From: Thauera aromatica K172
Lineage (GTDB): Bacteria; Pseudomonadota; Gammaproteobacteria; Burkholderiales; Rhodocyclaceae
Length of the DNA: 32,000 bases
NCBI RefSeq assembly: GCF_003030465.1
Contig: NZ_CP028339.1
Location: forward strand, 2,952,041 to 2,984,040
Direction of reading: 5' to 3'
Shown: in pieces, positions 24,146-32,000 of the stretch
How positions within the stretch are numbered: the first letter of the stretch is position 1
How the letters are laid out: the number at the start of each line of letters is the position of its first letter
Program-made: the position numbers and the translations under genes
Notes under the pieces: generated by a model
What the model saw: the letters and a program-made list of their open reading frames with translations, nothing else
What the model was told of the DNA's origin: nothing
Database searches by the model: none

Positions 24146-24186
24146 CCTGGCATGACACCCCACCGCGTTTGGGGCGCCATGCCAGG
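24146..24186 (+). terminator. Compound stem-loop after the OMP gene (possible terminator, no U-tract)
   Basis: CCTGGCATG (24146-24154) pairs with CATGCCAGG (24178-24186). An inner CCCC/GGGG stem lies in the loop. It starts 30 nt after the stop codon. Confidence 0.3.
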
Positions 24187-24288
24187 CCTGGCGCCGTAGC
24201 CGGCCGATCGCCGCCTCTCCGGCATTGCCCGGACACTCGGTCCAGCGCAAGCACCCGACGGGCAAGGCTGAATCTCAATGCTCCACTC

Positions 24289-24324
24289 GCTTGTGCTTAT
24301 AATTATGAATTCTTTATCACAAGC
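24289..24324 (+). promoter_or_regulatory. AT-rich candidate promoter/operator: TATAAT (24298-24303) inside the inverted repeat GCTTGTG/CACAAGC
   Basis: This is the only strongly AT-rich patch in this intergenic region. It lies 34 nt upstream of the VOC gene ATG. The -35 element is weak. Confidence 0.25.
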
Positions 24325-24336
24325 ACCGGAGCCGCT

Positions 24337-24816
24337 ATGACCCCACGCCCCTTCAAGATCCTCGGTATCCAGCAGATCGCCATCGGCGGCCCGAGCAAGG
24401 AGCGGCTCAAGGCCTTGTGGGTGGACATGCTCGGGCTGGCAGTCACGGGCAACTTCGTTTCCGAGCGCGAGAACGTCGACGAGGACATCTGCGCGATCGG
24501 TAGCGGACCGTTCAAGGTCGAAGTGGACCTGATGCAGCCGCTGGATGCGGAGAAGAAGCCGGCGGTGCACACGACCCCGCTCAACCACGTCGGTTTGTGG
24601 GTGGACGACCTGCCCCAGGCGGTGGACTGGCTCAGCGCCAACGGCGTGCGCTTCGCCCCCGGCGGCATCCGCCGCGGTGCGGCCGGCTTCGACATCACCT
24701 TCGTGCACCCGAAAAGCAACGACGCCTTCCCCATCGGCGGAGAAGGCGTGCTGATCGAGCTGGTCCAGGCCCCCGCCGAAGTGGTGGACGCTTTTGCCCG
24801 GCTGGCGGCCGGCTAA
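24337..24816 (+). CDS. VOC (glyoxalase/dioxygenase) superfamily protein, methylmalonyl-CoA-epimerase-like
   Basis: 159 aa from the internal ATG of the track [14 protein letters not shown] and FVHPKS...[10 protein letters not shown] resemble epimerase motifs (HHMAWRVDDI, FMHPKS..GVLIELTQYP, as I recall them). The neighbours are PCC and MeaB genes. The first metal-ligand position appears to read Gln rather than His (IQQIAIG). Confidence 0.55.
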   Translation: MTPRPFKILGIQQIAIGGPSKERLKALWVDMLGLAVTGNFVSERENVDEDICAIGSGPFKVEVDLMQPLDAEKKPAVHTTPLNHVGLWVDDLPQAVDWLSANGVRFAPGGIRRGAAGFDITFVHPKSNDAFPIGGEGVLIELVQAPAEVVDAFARLAAG

Positions 24817-24863
24817 GGCCGTCCGACAAGCGCGGGACTGGCCGCCGCGACAGTCCGACTGCG

Positions 24864-25729
24864 TTATAGCGCGGCGGCACTGAAGGTGTCACATACCGTC
24901 AGCTCTCCGCGCTCCAGCCCATTGCGGAACCATCGCACACGCTGTGCGGCACTGCCATGGGTGAAGCTGTCGGGCACGGCATAGCCCTGGGCCTGCTTCT
25001 GGATGCGGTCGTCACCAATCGCGGTGGCCGCGGCGAGCGCCTCTTCGACATCGCCCTCCTCGAGCACCTGGCGTAGCCGGTGCGCGTGATGCGCCCATAC
25101 GCCGGCCAGGCAGTCGGCCTGTAATTCGAGCCGCACCGACAACTGGTTGGCTTCGCGTTCCGGCGCCCGTTGCCGCGCCTGTTGCACCTTGTCCGATAAA
25201 CCAAGCAGGTTCTGCACGTGATGCCGATCTCGTGGGCGATCACATAGGCCTGGGCGAAGTCGCCAGGGGCACCGAAGCGGTGGTGCAGTTCATCGAAGAA
25301 GGACAGATCGAGATACACCTTGCTGTCGGCGGGGCAGTAGAAGGGACCCATTTCAGCCTGCCCGACGCCGCATGCGCTGCGCGTAGCGCCGGTGAACAAC
25401 ACCAGCTGCGGCTCCCGGTATTGCCTCCCCCCGGCGCTGAAGATCGGGCCCCAAGTGTCCTCGGTATCGGCGAGCACCATGGAGGCGAAGCGGGCAAGTT
25501 CATCCTCGGCAGCGGAGCGCGGCTGAGCGGGGAGGGAGGATTCGGTTTCCGGCCCCCGAATCATGCTCGTGGTGTCGAGCACAACGCTGGGATCAATGCC
25601 GAAATACATCGCGACCAGGGCCAGCACGATGGTGGCGATGCCGATCCGGCCGCGCCCCCTGTACCCCTGCCCTCCCTGGCCACGACGATCTTCTACGTTG
25701 CGGCTTTCCCTGCCGTTGCGAAAATCCAT
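24864..25729 (-). pseudogene. YpfJ-family neutral zinc metallopeptidase, disrupted by a 1-nt deletion inside HExxH
   Basis: Two track ORFs (24899..25729 and 24864..25217) join to ~288 aa. Frame A reads ...AYVIAHEIG then ITCRTC. Frame B reads [14 protein letters not shown]... Restoring one C in GGC(C)AT (around 25222-25225) gives [17 protein letters not shown], the family motif. Confidence 0.8.
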
Positions 25730-25774
25730 GCCGGCTGCTCCTGATATGAGTCCACTTTTTCATCGTAGCAGCCA

Positions 25775-25805
25775 GAAACCGAAAGAGGCCCGCACGGCGG
25801 GCCTC
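25775..25805 (-). terminator. Rho-independent terminator of the KamA-like gene
   Basis: The minus strand reads GAGGCCCGC-CGT-GCGGGCCTC (perfect 9-bp stem) followed by TTTCGGTTTC. It lies 45 nt after the stop codon. Confidence 0.6.
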
Positions 25806-25849
25806 GGCAGACAGGATTCGGCCAGCGGAGAGCGGCAGTGGCGCTCCGC

Positions 25850-27259
25850 TCAGGCCGCTGCGAGCCGGTCCTCGCGGATCGCTTCGTACTCGTCCTGCCA
25901 GAACCACTTTTCCTCGCCGAAGGCGGGAACGAGCTGGTCGAGCCAGGTCGCCTTGTCGTCGAACTTGGCGAAGAACGGGCGCTGCACCCAGTCGGGGTTG
26001 CGCCCCTGGATGAAGCGCAGGACGAAGACTTTTTCGCCGGCGATCTCGGCAACGCCCTGGATCTCGACCTTGCCCGGACTCGCGCTCATGCTCGGGCCGC
26101 GCGCGGTGCGGGCCAGGCCCGAGACCTGCTGCATGGCCTCGCGGTAGATTTCCCAGGCACGCACCAGCGGCACTTCGAAGTAGTTGCGCGCACCGGTGTC
26201 GCGCTCGACGAACATGTAGTAGGGGACCAGGCCGAGCTTCACTTCCAGCTTCCACAGCTTCGCCCATACCGCGGGGTCGTCGTTGATGTGCGCGACCAGC
26301 GGCCCCTGGGCACGGATCACCGCGCCGGTGCCGCGGATGCGGCGAATCGCGGCCTGCGCGGCCTCGGTGTCGAGTTCCTTCCAGTGGTTGTAGTGCGCCA
26401 TCAGGGCGACGTGCTTGCCGGCCTCGACGAGCTGGGTCAGCAGGCGGATCAGGTCGTCGGCATCGTCGGCGCCGAGGAAGCGGTGCGGCCAGAAGGTGAG
26501 CGCCTTGGAGCCGATGCGGATGGTCTGGACGTGGTCGAACTCGGGCTGCAGCAGGGGCTCAAGAAAGTCGCGCAGGTGGCGCGTCTTCATCACCATCGGG
26601 TCACCACCGGTGACCAGCAGGTCGGTGACTTCGGGGTGGCGGCGCAGGTAATTGTGCAGCTCGATGGCTTCGGACGAGCAGATGCGCAGCTCCTTGTCAC
26701 CGACGAACTGCGCCCAGCGGAAGCAGAAGCTGCAGTAACTGTGGCAAGTCTGCCCCTGGGTGGGGAAGAACAACACCGTCTCGCGGTACTTGTGCTGCAT
26801 GCCTTCGAGACGCTTGCCGTGCTCGTCGCGCGGCATGTTCATTTCCATCTGGTCGGCCGGGTGCGGGTTCAGCGCATGGCGCACTTCACCCACCGCCCGC
26901 TCCAGTTCGGCCTTGTCGGCGCCGCCGCGGATCAGGCCGGCGATGCGCTCGTAGTGCTCGGGCGCAAGCATCCCGCGCTGCGGGAAAGTGAGCTGGAAGA
27001 TCGGGTCGTCGGGAACCTTGCTCCAGTCGATCAGTTCGTCGATGACGTACTGGTTGACGCGGAAGGGCAGCACCGAAGACACCACTTTCATCTCGAAGCG
27101 CTGCTCGGACGACAGCCTGGCCAGCGGGGCAATGCGGTCGAGGTCGCGCTGGGTATACACCTTGAACGGGACGGGATCGAAGAAATCGACACCGGCGGGG
27201 GGGATCTGCGCGAGGGGCTGGATGTGATGGGGCTGGAGAGCCTGCACTTGAGCGCTCAT
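25850..27259 (-). CDS. KamA-family radical SAM protein (lysine-2,3-aminomutase-like)
   Basis: 469 aa from the ATG at 27259 (GGAGGA 6 nt upstream). The track extension to 27574 is Arg/Pro-rich junk. It has a CX3CX2C cluster CHSYCSFCFRW, a LAM-like N-terminus (LPFRVNQYVIDELIDW...DDPIFQLTFPQ) and LLVTGGDPMV. Confidence 0.8.
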   Translation of the reverse strand: MSAQVQALQPHHIQPLAQIPPAGVDFFDPVPFKVYTQRDLDRIAPLARLSSEQRFEMKVVSSVLPFRVNQYVIDELIDWSKVPDDPIFQLTFPQRGMLAPEHYERIAGLIRGGADKAELERAVGEVRHALNPHPADQMEMNMPRDEHGKRLEGMQHKYRETVLFFPTQGQTCHSYCSFCFRWAQFVGDKELRICSSEAIELHNYLRRHPEVTDLLVTGGDPMVMKTRHLRDFLEPLLQPEFDHVQTIRIGSKALTFWPHRFLGADDADDLIRLLTQLVEAGKHVALMAHYNHWKELDTEAAQAAIRRIRGTGAVIRAQGPLVAHINDDPAVWAKLWKLEVKLGLVPYYMFVERDTGARNYFEVPLVRAWEIYREAMQQVSGLARTARGPSMSASPGKVEIQGVAEIAGEKVFVLRFIQGRNPDWVQRPFFAKFDDKATWLDQLVPAFGEEKWFWQDEYEAIREDRLAAA

Positions 27260-27469
27260 GGGACGTCCTCCTGGTGTGGTCTTGTGGGTTTTGCAGGGGC
27301 GCGCGGTTACGGCGCCCGCAAGCCTGCGTCCAGACACGGAAAAACCACGTCTGGCAGTCGGCAGGGAAAACGGAGCAGACCCGGAATGATCGTGAAAACG
27401 GCTGGATGCCAGCCTCGGGCCCTGTTTATTCATGCTCCCGCGAGTGCGGCAAGCAGATTGCTGATTTGA

Positions 27470-27498
27470 ATCATATTCCACGAAATACTTTTGTGCAA
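27470..27498 (-). promoter_or_regulatory. Candidate sigma70 promoter TTGCAC-N17-TATGAT for the KamA-like gene
   Basis: The minus strand has -35 TTGCAC (27498-27493), a 17-nt spacer and -10 TATGAT (27475-27470). This predicts a ~200-nt leader. Confidence 0.45.
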
Positions 27499-27610
27499 AT
27501 ATGACACTCCGTGCGGAGTGAAGTTCCACGGCGCCGGGCGGCCTCCGAAACAGCCCGGCCGCCGCGGCCGGCATTCGATCGAGCGGGAGCGCCCTGCCCC
27601 ACGCGCATCG

Positions 27611-27638
27611 AAAAAAAAGGCCTGCTTGCGCAGGCCTT
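27611..27638 (-). terminator. Rho-independent terminator of the meaB-pccB-pccA transcription unit
   Basis: The minus strand reads AAGGCCTGC-GCAA-GCAGGCCTT followed by a T run (A8 on the plus strand at 27611-27618). It lies ~70 nt after the pccA stop. Confidence 0.8.
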
Positions 27639-27709
27639 CCGCCGACAGGCGCCCGGGCACGTGGCCCGGACCTCCCTCCCCATCGATCAAAACCGTTCCA
27701 CGGCGGCGA

Positions 27710-29701
27710 TCACTCGAACTCGATGATGACCTCGTCCACCGACAGGCTGGCCCCCGGACGGGCGACGATCTTTTTGACCTTGCCGTCCTGCTCGGCCTTG
27801 AGCACGTTCTCCATCTTCATCGCCTCGATGGTCGCGAGCTTCTCGCCCGCCTTCACTTCCTGCCCCTCGGCGACCGCGACTTCGCGCAGCAGGCCGGGCA
27901 TCGGCGACAGCAGGAACTTCGACAGGTCGGGCGGCAGCTTCTCGGGCATCAGCGCCAGCAGGCGCGCGGCGCGCGGTGTCATGACCATCGGCTCGACCTG
28001 CAGGCCGAAATGGGCGATGCGGTAGCGCAGCCCCCGGCGCTCGATCTGCAGGCAGATGGGCGCGCCGTTGACGGTGCCGGCAAACAGCAGGTCGCCGAAC
28101 GTCCATGCGGAAACAATGGCGTAGGTCCGCCCTTCGTGGCTGACCTCCAGCCCGCCTTCAAGCGGCCGGGTGCTCACCGGGTACTGCCGGCCGGCCATCA
28201 CCACCACCCACTCGCGCGAGACTTTGCGCCCGTGCCCGGCAAGCTGGCCTTCGATCTGCGTCGCGCGCTCGATGTAGCGCACCCGGGCGAAGGTGGCGAC
28301 CGCGGCGAGCAGCACCGGGTCGTCATGCGGCACCATCGAGGCGTCGAAGCCCCGCGGATATTCCTCGGCGATGAAGCCGGTGTTGAAGTTGCCCGAGCAG
28401 AAGCGCGGGTGCTGCAGCAGCGCCGCCTGGAACGGGATGTTGGAGCTGATGCCGCGGATCACGAAGGCGTTGAGCGCGTCGCGCATGCGCTCGATGGCCT
28501 GCTCGCGGTTGGCGCCATGGACGATGAGCTTGGCGATCATCGAGTCGTAGAACATCGAGATCTCGCCGCCTTCATAAACGCCGGTGTCGACGCGCACCTG
28601 GCCCTCGACCTCCTGCGGCGCCTGGAACTTCACCAGGCGGCCGGTGGAGGGCAGGAAACCGCGGAACGGGTCTTCCGCGTTGATGCGGCATTCCATAGCC
28701 CAGCCGTTGATCTTCACCTCGGCCTGGGTGATCGGCAGCTTCTCGCCGGCAGCGACGCGGATCATCTGCTCGACGAGATCCAGCCCGGTGATGAGCTCGG
28801 TGACCGGGTGCTCCACCTGCAGGCGGGTGTTCATCTCGAGGAAGTAGAACTCCTTGGTCGCGCCGCTGACGACGAACTCGACCGTGCCGGCCGACTCGTA
28901 ATTCACCGCGCGCGCCAGCGCCACCGCCTGCTCGCCCATCGCGCGGCGCATCTCGGGATCGACGAAGGGGCTGGGCGCCTCCTCGATGACCTTCTGGTGG
29001 CGGCGCTGGATCGAGCAGTCGCGCTCGTTCAGGTACACGTAGTTGCCGTGCGCATCGCCCAGCACCTGGATCTCGATGTGGCGCGGCTCGAGGACGTACT
29101 TCTCGATGAACACGCGATCGTCGCCGAACGAGTTCTTGGCTTCATTGACGCACGACGAGAAGCCCTCGAAGGCCTCCTGGTCATTGAACGCGACGCGCAG
29201 GCCCTTGCCGCCGCCACCGGCGGAGGCCTTGATCATCACCGGGTAGCCGATCTTTTTCGCGATTTCGACGGCTTCTGCCGGACCGGCGATGGCGTCGTTG
29301 TAGCCGGGGATGGTGTTCACGCCGGCTTCGATCGCGAGCTTCTTCGACTCGATCTTGTCGCCCATCTTGGCCACCGAATAGTGCTTCGGGCCAATGAACT
29401 TGATGCCTTCCTCTTCCAGGCGGCGCGAGAACTCGGCATTCTCGGACAGGAAGCCGTAACCCGGGTGGACCGCCTCGGCGCCGGTCTGCTTGCAGGCGGC
29501 GATGATCCTGTCCATGACCAGGTAGGACTCTTTCGACGGCGCCGGGCCGATGCACACGGCCTCGTCGGCGAGTTCGACGAAGAGTGCATCCTGGTCGGCC
29601 TCGGAATGCACGGCGACGGTGGCGATGCCCATCTTGCGGGCGGTCTTGATCACGCGGCAGGCGATTTCACCGCGGTTGGCAATCAGTATCTTCTTGAACA
29701 T
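27710..29701 (-). CDS. pccA: Propionyl-CoA (acyl-CoA) carboxylase alpha subunit: biotin carboxylase + BCCP
   Basis: 663 aa. It has MFKKILIANRGEIACRVIKTARKMGI, an ATP-grasp core, and a C-terminal biotinyl domain with EAMKMEN. GGAGGA lies upstream. Confidence 0.9.
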   Translation of the reverse strand: MFKKILIANRGEIACRVIKTARKMGIATVAVHSEADQDALFVELADEAVCIGPAPSKESYLVMDRIIAACKQTGAEAVHPGYGFLSENAEFSRRLEEEGIKFIGPKHYSVAKMGDKIESKKLAIEAGVNTIPGYNDAIAGPAEAVEIAKKIGYPVMIKASAGGGGKGLRVAFNDQEAFEGFSSCVNEAKNSFGDDRVFIEKYVLEPRHIEIQVLGDAHGNYVYLNERDCSIQRRHQKVIEEAPSPFVDPEMRRAMGEQAVALARAVNYESAGTVEFVVSGATKEFYFLEMNTRLQVEHPVTELITGLDLVEQMIRVAAGEKLPITQAEVKINGWAMECRINAEDPFRGFLPSTGRLVKFQAPQEVEGQVRVDTGVYEGGEISMFYDSMIAKLIVHGANREQAIERMRDALNAFVIRGISSNIPFQAALLQHPRFCSGNFNTGFIAEEYPRGFDASMVPHDDPVLLAAVATFARVRYIERATQIEGQLAGHGRKVSREWVVVMAGRQYPVSTRPLEGGLEVSHEGRTYAIVSAWTFGDLLFAGTVNGAPICLQIERRGLRYRIAHFGLQVEPMVMTPRAARLLALMPEKLPPDLSKFLLSPMPGLLREVAVAEGQEVKAGEKLATIEAMKMENVLKAEQDGKVKKIVARPGASLSVDEVIIEFE

Positions 29702-29723
29702 TCGATTTAATCCTCCCCGCCGA

Positions 29724-31256
<1,533 letters not shown>

Positions 31257-31311
31257 GGAGAGTCTCCTGTCGGATCGTTCCGCCCGGCCCTGTGCGGCGG
31301 GGCGGCCTGTT

Positions 31312-32000
31312 TCAAGCCTGGACGTAGCCGAGCAGGCGCAGCGCGGCGGCCGAAGGCGTGGTCGTGCCCTCCTCCACCGCGCGGGCGAACCCGGGCAATG
31401 CGTGCTTCACCTGCGGATGGGTGCGGAAGCGGCTGCGCAGCCCCGCATCGATCAGTTCCCACATCCAGGCCAGGGCCTGGTGGCGGCGTCTGGCGTCGAA
31501 CTCGCCGGAGGCGGTGAGCGTCCGGCGGTAGTCGCTCACCGCCTGCCAGAATTCGGCGATGCCTTCCTTCTTCAGCGCCGACAGCGTCAGCACCGGCACC
31601 GTCCAGTTCGGGCTGGCCGGGCGCAGCATGTGGAGCGCGGTCTTGATCTGGGCCTTCGCCCGCATCGCCGCCGCCGGATCGAGGTCGGCCTTGTTGATGA
31701 CGATCAGGTCGGCAAGCTCCATGATCCCTTTCTTGATCGCCTGCAGCTCATCGCCGGCGTTGGGCAGCTGGAGCAGGCAGAAGAGGTCGGTCATGCCCGC
31801 CACCGCAGTCTCGCTCTGGCCGACGCCGACGGTCTCGACGATGAGCACGTCGAAACCGGCGGCCTCGCACACCAGCATCGTCTCGCGCGTTTTCTCTGCC
31901 ACCCCGCCGAGCGAACCGGCCGACGGGCTGGGACGGATGAACGCGGCCGGATTCTGCGAGAGCCGTTCCATGCGCGTCTTGTCGCCGAGGATCGAGCCGC
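31312..32000 (-). CDS. meaB: MeaB/ArgK methylmalonyl-CoA-mutase-associated GTPase; partial, N-terminus beyond the right window edge
   Basis: The frame stays open upstream of the track Met: ...[14 protein letters not shown]..., then [13 protein letters not shown] and INKADL (NKxD). The P-loop part lies outside the window. Confidence 0.85.
   Translation of the reverse strand, partial: GSILGDKTRMERLSQNPAAFIRPSPSAGSLGGVAEKTRETMLVCEAAGFDVLIVETVGVGQSETAVAGMTDLFCLLQLPNAGDELQAIKKGIMELADLIVINKADLDPAAAMRAKAQIKTALHMLRPASPNWTVPVLTLSALKKEGIAEFWQAVSDYRRTLTASGEFDARRRHQALAWMWELIDAGLRSRFRTHPQVKHALPGFARAVEEGTTTPSAAALRLLGYVQA

Noticed and set aside
24289-24324. TGTGC...TCACA inverted repeat as a CRP site
   Set aside because: The half-sites are separated by ~21 nt, not the 6 nt required for CRP-type dimers. 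I kept it only as a low-confidence promoter/operator feature.
27361-27415. Plus-strand fragments reminiscent of a cobalamin riboswitch core (AGGGAAAACGG...CGTGAAAACGG)
   Set aside because: The similarity is only short and partial, with no B12 box. The plus strand here has no downstream gene to regulate.

Overview
High-GC betaproteobacterial DNA, most likely Rhodocyclales (Thauera/Aromatoleum/Azoarcus type). The core (8.0-24.1 kb) is the anaerobic phenol catabolic island. It holds a divergent DmpR/XylR-type sigma54 activator, a textbook -24/-12 promoter, phenylphosphate synthase ppsABC and phenylphosphate carboxylase (two UbiD-like subunits, a HAD phosphatase subunit and a 10-kDa subunit). After a strong hairpin comes a second sub-cluster: a third UbiD paralogue, UbiX, an archaeal-type (CTP-dependent) riboflavin kinase homologue, a zinc-ribbon Nudix hydrolase, a PNPOx-like flavoprotein, a PaaK-like ligase and a phenol/MetA-family outer-membrane channel. 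The island sits between acyl-CoA genes: fused isobutyryl-CoA mutase IcmF on the left; an epimerase-like VOC protein, PccA, PccB and partial MeaB on the right. The left end carries a partial membrane histidine kinase. Its frame is missing from the supplied ORF track because it has no stop codon in the window. Next to it is an orphan MotA/MotB-like pair with coiled-coil extensions, then a DUF2721 protein. Also present are a YpfJ-type metallopeptidase gene frameshifted inside its HExxH motif and a monocistronic KamA-family radical SAM gene with a long leader. I found no tRNA/rRNA genes, CRISPR arrays or transposase-like genes. The best candidate for an undescribed system is the UbiD/UbiX/RibK/Nudix/PNPOx block, read here as a self-contained anaerobic prFMN supply and maturation module. 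The coiled-coil MotAB-like pair is second. Most long ORFs antisense to these genes are high-GC artefacts.
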